DNA of 64,000 nucleotides from Chrysomallon squamiferum. Its lineage: Eukaryota; Animalia; Mollusca. A program made the translations under genes and the position numbers. The notes under the pieces were generated by a model, which saw only the letters and a list, made by a program, of their open reading frames with translations, made no database searches and was not told where the DNA came from. This document shows, piece after piece, positions 1-13,133 of this stretch. The stretch lies in the NCBI GenBank assembly GCA_012295275.1, contig CM022671.1, positions 7,750,001 to 7,814,000 on the forward strand, in the 5' to 3' direction. The first letter of the stretch is position 1, and each line of letters begins with the position of its first letter.

Positions 1-145
1 TTTATTATTTCTTCCAAAACACAGCATAGAATGTTTTAAATTAGTTACAATTTGATATTACTGTTTTGTTGCTATTTGGAACTGAGGCGTCATGACAAAA
101 AAATAATACTGAAATTTGCTTTACACTGTTTTTCTTGTCTTGCAG

Positions 146-746
146 GCGCTTGCTATAATTGTGGTCAGTCTGGCCATATATCTCGTGACTGTACTTCAGA
201 GAGGTCAACAAACTGTTACAGATGTGGCGAACAAGGCCATCTGGCAAGAGACTGCCCAGACCCACCTAATGGCAGCAACGCCAAAAAATGTTACAACTGT
301 GATGAATTTGGACACATCTCACGCGACTGTCCTGGAGGTTCAGACAAAACATGCTACACGTAAGTAAAATGTCAACTCATTATTTAACATTTTCTCACAT
401 CAAAAATCTGGAAACGATTCTAATTTGCTGCACTAATCGTTTATATTTGTATTGGATATATAATCAATAGGGTTGAGAAGCTCTACTAATTAAATTAAAT
501 TGTTGGCCATGATTTCTTTCGCCGTTTATTCTCTTCATATTATGAAAGCTACTACTTGAAATCTGAAGAAAAGTTTAAAAAAAAATAATAATAATAATAC
601 TTTTTATATATAGATGTGGAAATACTGGACATTTTTCAAGAAATTGTCCAGACAAAGCTGGTGGAGGAGACATGAAGGACATCCAATGCTATGGCTGCAA
701 GAAATATGGACATTTTGCTCGAGACTGTCCTGAAGAAGAGGACTAG
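146..746 (+). CDS. CNBP: CNBP-like CCHC zinc-knuckle nucleic-acid-binding protein, last two coding exons (5' part lies outside the window)
   Basis: Exons 146-359 and 614-746, joined by a phase-2 GT-AG intron. They encode five C-x2-C-x4-H-x4-C knuckles (CYNCGQSGHISRDC, CYRCGEQGHLARDC, CYNCDEFGHISRDC, CYTCGNTGHFSRNC, CYGCKKYGHFARDC) and end PEEED* (TAG 744-746). Confidence 0.85.
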
Positions 747-2531
747 GCAGTCTGTTTTGCGCTGACCGCTTAAATTGGAGTTCATACACACATATATAGC
801 TGGGGATATTTTTTTTTTTTTTTTTTTATGTAAATGACTGAAATAGACTGTCTTGCAGTTTGTCTTTGGGAAGGGGGTGGGGTTGCAAAGTTTTTAAAAA
901 AAATAATTCTTTTTTTTTCTTTCTTTCTCTCCCCATTTTAAATTTGGAAGTTGTTAACTGTTGCAAAATTAATCATTTTAGTATGAATTTCTCTTTGAAA
1001 ATGCATCATGAGACTTCATTTTAATTGTAGTTTAACATGCATTCATGTGTTGCTTAATTTTAGTTTTAATTTCATCTGTGTAGAAAGTATGAAATTGCTC
1101 ATGTAATAATAGTACGCGTTTTAAATGTCTTTGTTTGTAATTTCAAAAGTTACCAGAAAGTTGCATGATTAAATATGACATTGAATTGTTCCTTAATATT
1201 AGATGGATTTTTTCTTTTAATATACACAAACAGCATGATTATTAATTTCATGTAGTTTCAACCTAATGTCTTTTTTTTCTCAACACTTATGATAATGAAG
1301 TATTTGATTAGTATGTGCACAACACAGCACCCTATCTACAACAAGAAAATTCTCAGGAAGTAACGTAATAAGGAAGAAATGTTTTAATTAACTCGGATCA
1401 TCTCTCCCAATTATTTGGGCAGCTAAGTTGATTTGTTTTATTAAAGTGTACAATTCATTTTGATAAAACGATTGATTGAGAATATATTTAAAATCAAACT
1501 GATGCTGTTATTCTTCATGTAAAGCTAGTTGGAATTACCACTGTTGAATATTGAATTGGTTTCAGAGTTAAAAAGGAATTAGTTGATGCAGTTTTATAGT
1601 GGTTTGGTGTTTTTTGCTATTACAAAATCAAGTTGAATTTACCTGTAGCTTAGTTGTTTTCTTGAATATGGTAATCTTTGTATATAAATATATTTTTTAC
1701 TGTAATCCTTGTGTGACATTCTTTACTATCGGTTATTGCCATCAATGTTAACCTCAATTTCTTAGATTTTTGGGAGAAGCAATTGGGCAGTTATTTTATA
1801 AGTGACTTTATAAAATGTAAAAAAGACAAACTTCGAATAACCTTGATGGTAATTTCCAACTCCTTCATCTCTGGTGGACGTTGGTGAGGCAAGCATCATT
1901 CCACACTCATCGCACTGTATATTTGGTTGTAAGGCAGCATTTCACAGGAATGAAGCATAGTGTGTGGATCTCGCATACACAGAATTTGGCTTTGTATATA
2001 TATATATTTATTGAAATATATTTTATACATGTCAAAAGATAGATGAGTGGATTGTATTGTATAGGTAAATTTTTTGATTGTGTTACTTATTTGAAGAAAA
2101 AACATTTTTATGGCGATAAGGGGGAAAAGTTGTTTGGATTTTTATCTTTTGTATGGAAAAGCAGATTTGAAGTTGTGGAGAAAATAAAAATTATCCAAAA
2201 AGCATTTTGTTTTTCTTTATCTTCCTCGGTTTCTTATGTAACAAGAGTCGACAGGTTTATTGTATGCATTAAGCAAAAGTTTTAATAACCAATAATTTTA
2301 TGTGCACCAAGGATGTTGGATCATTTTCCATTTTTAGCAAAGTGTTAACTGATATTCAGAGTGAATGATGGAGTAATTTTTATTTTAAGATAGATTGTTA
2401 AAAACTTCATGCTGCATGTGGTTAATCTAGGCAATGTTTCCATGCTATACATACTTCACAGTAAAATTGATTTACAACAGACAGATAAGAGACAATAACA
2501 CTTGTAACAATTTAATCCAGTAAAAGATGTT

Positions 2532-5199
2532 TTACGTTCCACATACTCTGTACCAGACTTGTATCACAGCTTCCCAAACTTTGATAGCCCTTCTGAATCC
2601 ACAAAATGGATCGCCTGTAAAATAATAACAAATTTAACAGAAAATATGCCTAGTTAAAATTATTTTAACCAAACAATTACAATTGCAAAGGAAGTGAAGA
2701 ATTTGGCTTTAAGAAATGTTATATTGTTACAAATTCTAAATGAAAAATTATTCATTATATTTGCAATGCTGATGAGTTATTCCCCTTTATGTATGATTTC
2801 TTATTAAATTAATCTTGGAAGAATGGAAGTACAGACTAGCTTTGTGGCAGAAGTCCTATCCCCAACCATATAAAAAGCTATGCTGTTACTTATGTTTCAG
2901 ATTAGCTTGTGCCTTGATACTGGGATCAATGTTATTTACAGGCAGTTGTGTTAAATAGCAATTTCCAATACAACTAAGACTTGATTTAATTCTAGTTCAT
3001 TGATTACCTGATCATTAAGAAGGCTGTAAAACTATTTTAAGAAAGCTATTATGTACCACTCAGTAGTATGCTTTTCAGAACAATGCAGGTTTACTTACCA
3101 AACTGTGTATGAATAATGGCCATTGTTCCTAAAGTTAGCATTGCAAGTAGCTTCCATATTGAAGATTCCTTAAATCGAGACAGGATATTTTGTATGGTAC
3201 AGAAGAGTCTTTGAACAACTTCAAACTGTTTTCTAAATGAAAAATCTGAAGAAAAAAATTCAGTGTGAATACCAGATTTTTAAAGGAACCTAAAATCCAA
3301 ATATAAAATTAATATTACATTTTAAAAACTAAAAGAGCACAAGTTCAATTGTAACCTATGACTGAGTAGGCTAAATCAATTCAGTGAAAATGGAAAAATA
3401 CATACAGTTTCCTTTTGTTTGCTTTGGATGCACTGGTTCTGTGTGTTTAAAACTTTCGTCTGAACTGTCAGCTGCTGAACTTTCTTCAAATCCAAAAACT
3501 TCACTTTTTGAGGACTTCACCGGTGACAAAAGATTTTGCTTCTCTTCAAATGTTAGTTCAGAACAACCTTCAACAAATTGGGGTATGAGGTTGTATGCAC
3601 CGAGAGGAATCAGAATTTGGAGAACGTAGAGTTTAGCAACATCAGTGTAACCGCACACTCCTCTGTTGGCATTGTGCTGCAGCCACACCTTCGCCATAGC
3701 GTGACACTGGATGAACTGTTTGACTTTTGCATGAAGGAGCAGGCTGAAATCAAATAATTATCATTGGATGTCGTTTCTAGTTAGATGGAGCAGGTTTTTT
3801 TGTGTTTATTTTTTTTTATAATTATATATGAAGAAAATCTTCGTAAGACACAGTATAGATCAATACAAAGACATACATATGAAGGTTCAGAACTTTCTCA
3901 ATTTTATCTTCAGTGATAAGTGGGCTCTTTTGAACCTGAAGCAACACACTTAATATATATAAGTTCTTGTTTTTATAAATATTTCTTAAACATTGTAGGT
4001 CATATAAACAGGAAAAACAACACAATTATGTCCATAATACTATTATTCTGTTCATGTCTACTATTTAAAATTTAAAAAAAAAAAAAAAAAAATGAAACCA
4101 TGGTGTAAACGTCTACAGAAAACATTTATATGGTATTTTCTCATGTTTTTAAAACTTATTTTCATTTGACCAAGTAATTAGATGCATAGCAAAATTTGAA
4201 TTAATTATTAACAATCATGGTTCAATCACTGTTTTGTTGGGGGTGTATGTGTGAAAATCTCAATTTATGGGCATACAGTTATTTAAGCATATCAATGCAG
4301 TCAACTGTAAAATATAATGGTACCAAATAAATTTTAATCTTACCATAACTGTATAACTCTGGATGGACAAGACACCACATCACCATAAACATTTTGTACA
4401 AATGGCAGGACCAAGTCCCACTGATTCATTTCAGCATATGCCTGGATTGCCAAAACTGTCAGTGATACTGTAGCCTGAAGACACCTGAGACAAAAAAACG
4501 AATTTAACAATGATAATAATAACAGTTGAAGATTATAAAGAAATGATAAAACACATTTCCAAAACCTGTCCAAAAATTTGTATGAATTAGTTGTCCGTTA
4601 TGTAATACAGTGGAGAACCATATAACGAACAGATTATTCTATGAATATCCATGGAAAGACAGTCACCAAAGAGGGCTAGGAAGGATGACACCTCTTCTCA
4701 GTAATTATCTCCTCCCCCCCCATCCTCTGACTCCTCTCCTGCAAGCTCAAGAACAGTAAGGTAAGATAAAGTATTGATAATATTTTTTTTTTTCAGGAGT
4801 TCAAATGTTATAATTTATAAACTTATTTTACATGATTTGTTTTTACTATATATGTCACTTTTAACGGTGTATTTGGGGGCCTGGAACGGATTACCCCTTA
4901 TAACGAACGTATTTCAAGTGGACCCTGTAACTATAAATTATAATGAACGAGGGTCTGGAGCCAGTTTGATTCGTTACAGAATACTTTATTGTACTGAATA
5001 AATGAATTTCATCTTTAACAGTGTCAGTGAACCACACACCCCAGTTTTTCTTATAATCATTTTAAAAAATACGGTGAGGTATTGTTTTAATTACTACTGG
5101 TGTTTTTATATTTTAGTATTTTGTTTTCTTTATTAATATCTATTTTCTTTGATTTAATTATGATGAAAATACAAATGCAGGAAAATGGTGTGCGTGTGC

Positions 5200-5250
<51 letters not shown>

Positions 5251-5502
5251 AGCTAGCTATAAACATCAGCATGGTCAGTAAATATTTCACAGTAGGTCAA
5301 AGTTCACCTACCTGCTGCAATCGGGAAATATTTTTGTGCGATTTATTCCTTGACAGCACACATCTATACATGACTGGAATTCCTTAAAAATGAAATGATC
5401 AGTGGCTTTTTCTATTTGCATTATTATACTGTTGTGGTCTTCGTCATCTTCACAAAAAACAGATTCTGGCGATGGACTATGTTTAATCGCAGCATACGCC
5501 AT
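2532..5502 (-). CDS. PEX26: Peroxisomal biogenesis factor 26 (tail-anchored receptor for PEX1/PEX6), 5 exons, 299 aa
   Basis: Exons 5502-5312, 4484-4344, 3743-3406, 3245-3099, 2614-2532; all GT-AG, 900 nt total, open frame. LAIQAYAEMNQW, CLLLHAK, VWLQHNAN, YVLQILIPLG and a C-terminal hydrophobic segment followed by GDP match recalled human PEX26 (GIQALAEMDRW, CILLYSK, AWLQDPAN, HVQRVLLPLG, TM-FDP). Confidence 0.85.
4606..4993. mobile_element. Degenerate Tc1/pogo-type MITE in PEX26 intron 1
   Basis: Imperfect terminal inverted repeats starting at TA: left TACAGTGGAGAACCATATAACGAA, right (reverse complement) TACAATAAAGTATTCTGTAACGAA. There is also an internal TATAACGAAC subrepeat near 4900. 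No transposase ORF. Confidence 0.35.
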
Positions 5503-5517
5503 TTTGCTGTCACGTGA
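5498..5517 (-). promoter_or_regulatory. YY1-type motif overlapping the PEX26 start codon, plus an adjacent E-box (GTCACGTGA)
   Basis: GCCATTTTG at 5498-5506 (minus strand CAAAATGGC) and GTCACGTGA at 5509-5517. Motif match only. Confidence 0.35.
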
Positions 5518-5687
5518 TTATACTTTCTGTTTCACCGAGTTAATTATATTCAAATCGAACAACAGCATAGAATTGTTATAACGAAATGTTCTGTTTTATT
5601 TATTTTATTTTATTTTAAATCATAAATTTTTTATTTTTCTTCTTATTATTATTTTTTCTCTCTATCCCTCTTTTATTATTTTTTTAA

Positions 5688-5719
<32 letters not shown>

Positions 5720-5923
5720 TTATTATTGATATAGCCTATCTACGAACAACTTAAGGAATTTTTAGATGTATTTGTCCAGGAAGAAAGAACTTTTATATAA
5801 TTAATACATTTACATTGTCCATAATTATATAGATATAGATATTGATGATTAAGGACAATGCAAACGAGGTGTTGTTTTCGAAGAGCAACAAGAGATCTTT
5901 TAGGAGAACATTTACCATCGTCT

Positions 5924-5967
<44 letters not shown>

Positions 5968-6516
5968 GTGTTTCCGTGTTTGTGTCTGTTTGTATAGATA
6001 GATATATAATTGTATGCATGTGTGTGTGTGTGTGTGTGCGTGTGTGTGTGTGTGTGTGTGTTCGTATATATATCTTATCGTAGAATTTTAATAATCATCC
6101 ATTTTGAGGAAATCTGTTCATTTGTAGCATTGTTGTCCTATATATATGATCTAGGCCTATTACAATAAACATTTTATTCTGAACCTCAAACAATTCTGCC
6201 GTGCTAAATAAATAAATTATTGAATAATATTTTGACTTGTTTTATGAAATATGTTAATGAATGCGACCATATTGGTCTAGTATATATTATTCATGCGACT
6301 ATGTGGCAGTCGGGTGGGCGGGGGGTTAAGAGGCCACTAAATATTGAGGTTTTAGCATGGGGCATAACTCCAAAAAGATTGGAGCCACTACTTTATACTT
6401 AATATAAATAGCACTGATTATAAAATCCATTTCCGATATAGAGTTTTATAATATTATTAAAAATTGATATCAATAAAAGATGTCGTACAGTGTACTAAAA
6501 AACTATTATAATAATT

Positions 6517-6589
<73 letters not shown>

Positions 6590-6629
6590 ATATTTGTGTA
6601 TATATATATATACCCAGACACATACATAG

Positions 6630-6663
<34 letters not shown>

Positions 6664-7764
6664 GTATGCGTGTGTGTGTGACACAAAAAGAGAGAGATGG
6701 ATTGAGAGATAAAAAGACATAGGGAGAAAGACAAAATTAATACTAAACTGAAATTAGACAACAAAATAATTTTTATTAAATAATTTATTTTTACTGTTGT
6801 TCTATATATGTGTGTACGTGCAGAAGATAATGAATCACAGCTACGACATGTCACATACATGTTATATACGAGAAGCAGCTGTGACATCATACCTGTTAAT
6901 TTTTTTTAATCCTTTCTCTCTCATATCTATATCTATATATACACACAGACACACGCGCACATATACACACACATACATACTATTAAATATCACAGAGGTT
7001 CATAATAGTTGGTGTGCATGTGTGTGTATTTTATGTTTTGCTTTTGGTTGTTTCGTGCGCATGTATAAAATTTATTTCTGAGTGTAGAAATGTCTGTACG
7101 TGCATTCGGTGATAATTCACAATTTAAAAAAATCAGTTCTACAAATATATTTTTATTTTTAATATGAATGAATAAATGAATGAATGAATAAATAAATAAA
7201 TGTGTAATTAAATGAAAGAACAAATAAGAATTTAAAAAAAATAAATTATGTTATTAAACCAAAAAGAAACCAATAACAGTTATTACAAGAAGAAAGAAAG
7301 GTTACTGTCAGTATAAAAACAAATTTCTGATTTAAATGGATGTACGCTATAATTAGGGCCTCCAAGAGAAATTTTGCAAGGCGGTACAAGACCCCTTTGG
7401 GGCCCCGAGGCACGCAAAGATTTTCCGAGGATTTGATGGCCAGTAAATCACAAAAATGCTTTATTTCCATGATCAGATATAACATAAAGTAACAAACATA
7501 TTCAATAAATGCATGGTTGCTATGGGGGTCGTTATTATCTCTTGGGCCCCGGAACAAAGTACCGGCTGCCCCCCCACTCTCATAGGCCTTGACTATAATT
7601 AAATATAAAAACAACAAAACACACAAAAAAAAAATATATCGTAGCTTTATTGCATAAACAGCAGTGGTAAAGAAAAAAAAAATAACAATTAAAAAAAAAA
7701 AAAAAAATTCAAAGTATTTTCCTATTATTAGATTTATAACCTGTCGTATAAATGTAAATAACAA

Positions 7765-7821
<57 letters not shown>

Positions 7822-8891
7822 CTGATGATAACACAATTATTTGACAGATACATTTAAAACCTGCAACGTGGTATTTGTATTCTTTAATTTTCAGTTAAAC
7901 TGCGTTGACTGTTTTATCAGCGAATCTTTCAAAACGTGTGACAGTTCTATAAACAGTTATTAAAAGAACTCTTTATAGCTAACAGATGTCTAAATTTTCA
8001 CATTAGTTCTCGTTTTGTTCATTATTTATAGCATTGAATGTAGTATTTTCCTGATAGTACTCTTGCTTTATTCGTAACGTTATCGAAATAAGGTTTTGTC
8101 CGAAAACGATGATATGTAGGTTAATTTTAATATTTCTCTATTAATTTTATAAACAAATTTTCTATTATACACAATAGGTTATGTGTGTGTTTATATATAT
8201 ATATATATAATATATTTTAAATTAAAAAAAAGAAACAAACAAAACGAATGTTAAGTAGACGGAGCATATCTTTTTGCACACTCTCTCTCTCTTTCTCTCG
8301 TTTGTCTGTCTGTCTATATGTTTGTCTCAGATCTATAAATATCATTTGGAAATAATATTAACGTTTAATACTTTAGCTGACATTCACAAATGTAAGGCAT
8401 ATCGAAATATATAAACGAAATAAATACCTTAAAAATTTAACACAGATGTATATATATATATTTAAATCTAGTAACGTTATATAGTTATGAACTTTCTCAC
8501 AGATAATTTTTGCTTTTTATTTCTATAATTATTATTCATATTTTATCAATTAAATGCCATCATATAAACGGATTAAAAAAATAAAACAATTTGCATATAT
8601 TTTCCCGGAATCCATCCACGGGAATGAAAAAAAAAAGAAAAAAAAAGTGAATTATTTAATCCAACTAGTAAGGATACCAGTGTAAATTATGTCATATATA
8701 AAACCAGACTATTTATTTTGTTAAAGTGGAATACCCGTACAAAATTTAAATATAACTGAGGGAGATGGGGTTTTAAATAGAATAAAGATTTACCACACGT
8801 ACGAAATAAACAAGTGTCCTCGCTGTAATACATCTATCTACGACATAGCGTTGTGTACGAACAGAACAGATGCCGACCAGGAAGGCTGTCA

Positions 8892-10799
8892 TTAAGGCTG
8901 AAAACTTCGACATTCTGGAAAACCAGGCGGAGGAGGCGCGACTTCGGGAAATGATTCGTTCAGTAACATCGTCATCCCGTCCAGCATGTGAACCTCGATG
9001 TGACAGTGCATAATCCACAATCCTGGATTATCTGCCTTTATTCTTATTACGACGTACCCACCGGATGGTACGATCACCGTATCTCTTCTAGGGGCGCCTA
9101 TAATTTTCAGGCCTGGAATATTTCCCCCCTGCCACGACGGGTCTTTCCACGTGGCGTCGTTGCAGAACGTCAGAGACTTGTTTTTGTTCCCCCGGCAGTC
9201 GATGTCCTGGTTGTCTCCTATGAAACTCCCGTCTGTTTCGTTGTACTGACCATAGCCCATTTTCAAGACGTAAAACTGATGCCCGTGCATGTGAATTGGA
9301 TGGTCCCATCCTTTGCCTATCCCCATATTGAGAAAGACCATCTGTACGGTCTCGCCAAGCTTGAGATCTAAGATAAGAGGACAGTCGCAGATTTTTTCGT
9401 CACCGCATTTTCGATCTGTCGCAGTTGAAAGTCACCTCGTCTGGTTGTGTCAGAGCGGACACTGGTGGAAATTTCTGAAACGCTCTTCCGTTAACTGAAC
9501 CTGGTGTCCACGAAGTGCCAGGAAACGCGAAGTTAAGGAAGTATTCTTTGAAGTTTTCTTTGTCGTCGGGTGCCGATTTGTTATCCAGCGAATAAAGATC
9601 GTCGACTGTTAAACACGCCGTGTTAGAACCCAAGGGGTAAAATCGGAAAGGACAGTTAAATACAATGCAACAATCCTTTGATGTGCACTTGCGCGGCATC
9701 GGTTTGGGTTCTTCGGTTTCTGAAGCCCCTTCGTAATGTAGAACTGCTTCGACAGTGTGGTTCACTTCCACTTCCAAAGTCCTGCCTCTAATCCAGTAAT
9801 TCGCCACTGGTTTATTTGTCAGAATGGTAAAATCCACCCGCTCTCCCGGGTTTAAAATAAATGATTCCACAGTCACCGGTTTTATTTCGTTGCCATCAAT
9901 GGCAACTATGGTAAGAGGGTGCCGATCAACTGAAATTCGGAATGGGTACAGAACTCCAGCTTGAATCATTCGCATTCGGTACTGTGTTCCTGGTTTCACT
10001 GTAAACCATTCCAGCGGAGCTCCGTTATGTTTCCCAGATTCGTCATAGTAGCGTCCTTTTCCGTTGATCAGACCCGAATGGAAGTGAAACATGCTGAAAT
10101 GTACTCCAGCTATCGTATTTGTAGAGGGTAGAAGTTTCCTGTTTCTGTACATTCCATAAACCATCTTCATGTGAGACATTTTGGAATCCCAGTCGTGATT
10201 CCAGTCCTGCAATACTAAAATATGATCGTTCATTTTCTGTCCTTTGGTCGTACCACCAACGCACCAAAAACTCCCATAGACATTTGTCCCCCGACATGCG
10301 AATGGTACCAGTATGTCCCAGCATGCTCCGCCTGAAATGTGTAGGTAAACGTCTGATACGGAAGAATTGGACACTGCGTAATATGGGCAACACCATCCAT
10401 CCACGGCGTTCGATTCTGCCGCAGTCCGTGCCAGTGGATGGTCGTGGTTTCCTCCATTAACTTATTGTGTACGTGAATGATGACCGTTTGTCCTTTGTAT
10501 ACTTCAATAGATGGTCCTGGCATTGTTCCGTTTACCACTGCAACCAAGCGAGATTCTGTCCAGCCGTCTACTGAGATAACTTCGTCGGGAGACACTGGAG
10601 TAGCCGAGGTGAAGTTTTTCGTGTCCCACTTGTACAGCTTTCCGTTGCGAGGAATCATGAGATCGCGACCGTGAATCATCGTCAGCTTGTTTTCCACAGT
10701 CATCCAAAATTCGCATACGCTGTCCGTCTCGAGACACGACCCTGTGACCGACGGCACGCTGGCAGACAGCACCAGCAACAACACAGCAATCATCTCCAT
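8892..10799 (-). CDS. Secreted three-domain multicopper oxidase (laccase/ascorbate-oxidase-like); single coding exon with two frameshifts as assembled (about 635 aa if repaired; assembly error or young pseudogene)
   Basis: Signal peptide MIAVLLLVLSASVPSVTG. All four copper motifs are intact: HWHG..PWMDG, WYHSH, HPIHMHGH, HCHIEVHMLDGM. The protein is spread over three frames joined at A4 runs (plus-strand T4 at 10233-10236 and 9408-9411). A splice acceptor ttttcAG lies just upstream of the ATG (exon starts 10815). Confidence 0.9.
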
Positions 10800-13133
10800 A
10801 CCTGACTCGTAGTGTCTGAAAATAAATATTTTTATAAATTTTATTTTATTTTATTATTATTATTATTATTATTATTTTCTGTTTGTGTGGTAATTGAGTG
10901 TGTGCCTGAGTGCATATTTTTAAATTTTTGTTACAGATAGTATTATAAACAGCCCCAAAAATTCTTTGGCCAGTGTTATATTTCTCTTTCTTCTTTATTT
11001 TGTTGACTTTTTGTCTTGGGTCTCCTAAATGTTCCGTTTTTCAGTGTTCTGTGTGCTTTTATTGGCATGTGTTTTTCAGGCTCAATACATTGTAACCCTA
11101 TGAAGGCCTCACTGGCGAATTGTCACGTTTTAAATAGAATAGCTTCCAAAGTATTATGATATTGTAATAATAAAAATAATAATAATGATTAAAATAATAA
11201 TATTAATAAATAAATAAATAAATAAATAAACAGACAGATACTTATACAAATAAATAAAAGTAAAAAAGACAGCCGATACAGTTACACATTTCCGTAGATA
11301 TTTTTTTTCATAGAAATATTCGATCGTTATCTCGGCTTATATGTCATTTAAAGAGACAGGCTTGTTGGGAACACAAAATTAAAATTAAAAAAATAAACTG
11401 TTTTGTTTTTCTACGAGTTAATATATAATGGTTTTATTTTCATTTCAGATACTTTTTGTGCCAACGGTGAAAAAGATTTTTGTTTCCTTGTGATTATGAT
11501 GGGGTTTTTTGAAGTCTGACGTAAAAAAGAGAATCACTGCCTCGTTTTGTTTACTCCCCATGCAACATATGTTTCGTGCAATGCCTGCGCACGTGCGTAA
11601 TTTGACGCATTGATTCGCTGTCATAAAATAAATTGTCTAAAAGTTATTTTCACAGATGATTGATTCATGAACGAATATCCATGATTCAGAAAGAAAACTG
11701 TTCTGATGATGCTTTAAAATAAAATGACAGAAAATATTTAGAAGCAAAATTCCGTCCTTTCCTTGATTTTACTAAATGCATTATAAAATTAATGACACCA
11801 TACGCAGAATTTTATACATAACAACGTTATCTAAATCACATGTTCCTAAGTAAATATGATCGAAAGTTATAACTATTGTACCCAAGACCAAAGTCAGAAA
11901 GGGCACAAATCTGAAATGTCCGTCAACTGATTTCGGACAATCAGACATCGGACTAATAAAAAATCGACGTAGGATATGTTCATGCTTGCTTACGATAGAT
12001 CTTTAATAAATGGACATGTCAGTGTAAGTGATATCGTCGGTGTCGAAATCCACAAAGACACCTTCGATATCATGGACATTTTTTCAACGACAAATTAATT
12101 ATACATATAACAATAGTTTCAGATAGGCAGCTGCCCAAGTTCGCCTGTGCGAATTCAAATGACATCAGCATCAAGAGTTTGAGAAGAAACCCGATTTCAG
12201 ACTATCCATTATACTAAATCTTTGTTAAATGTACAACCTGAGTCGTTAGGCTATATCAAACAGTAACATTAACTGAACTCTTAGTTAAGTCAAGTAGGTG
12301 GATCACGAGGTACTGTGGATTAATGAGTATTTATAGATAGTAAGAAAAAAAAAAAAAACAACCTATGATGAATCCCCAATCCAGAAGCCTTTTAGTTTTA
12401 ATTGAGGTTCGCATTCGGGAAATTAGAAAGGTAAGGTATTCTTTTAACCGTTAAAAGGAAATGTTTATGACTAATATATTTTTGTGATCTAGTATATTAG
12501 GAACATGGTTGAATTACACGTAACTAAATACGGATGATGTGAAAACCAAATGTCACAATAATTAACAAAAGAAAAGTCTGCATAAGGCAGCCAGCCACTT
12601 ACAAAATGCGAGGCTCCGAGTTTATGCCTAAATAAACAGTTTTAATTTTAGCTCAGTGATATAAAGATGTTTGCCTAAGGACATACTAAAAGTCGGAATA
12701 ATTTTGAAGACAAGATAGTGATGAAATAATATATTATCTTCTACTTTGTATTTCTTTTGATCTTTATTTTTTTTGTTCTTTTCTTTTTTATTTATTTATT
12801 TATTTATTTATTTATTAACTATTACTACAGTTACTACTACTACCACGCACAAAGTTTGTGAAAATTGTAAGTTGTTGCATGTAAACTTCTTATCATCATC
12901 ATTATTTACACAAATGATGATTATTATTGTTATCCTTGTTGTTGTTATTGTTTTACATAAATTATCACTGTTGTTGTTATACTGCTATTATTTACATACT
13001 TAACATGACTTCCAAATGTTATAGATTATAAAAAAATAATAAAATAAAATAAAATATTTTAAGCAAACACCGAAAATACCAAAGAAAAACAAACAGCCAT
13101 ATGTAATAACAAATAAATACGTGATGTACTTAC

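Noticed and set aside
508-566. Possible C/D-box snoRNA in the CNBP intron (ATGATT..CTGA)
   Set aside because: The C box is degenerate, there is no terminal stem, and I could not identify an rRNA-complementary guide.
7354-7592. GC-rich GGGCCCC-containing segment that looks like a small non-autonomous transposon
   Set aside because: Terminal inverted repeats are too weak to define ends, and the overlapping 196-aa ORF is low-complexity.
8988-10737. Antisense and alternate-frame ORFs over the laccase (8988-9371, 9088-9309, 10043-10396, 10477-10674, 10504-10737)
   Set aside because: Shadow ORFs of a GC-richer coding exon, with no recognisable motifs.
11586-11592. Metal-response element TGCGCAC upstream of the multicopper oxidase exon
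   Set aside because: A single 7-mer; equivalent matches occur elsewhere by chance.
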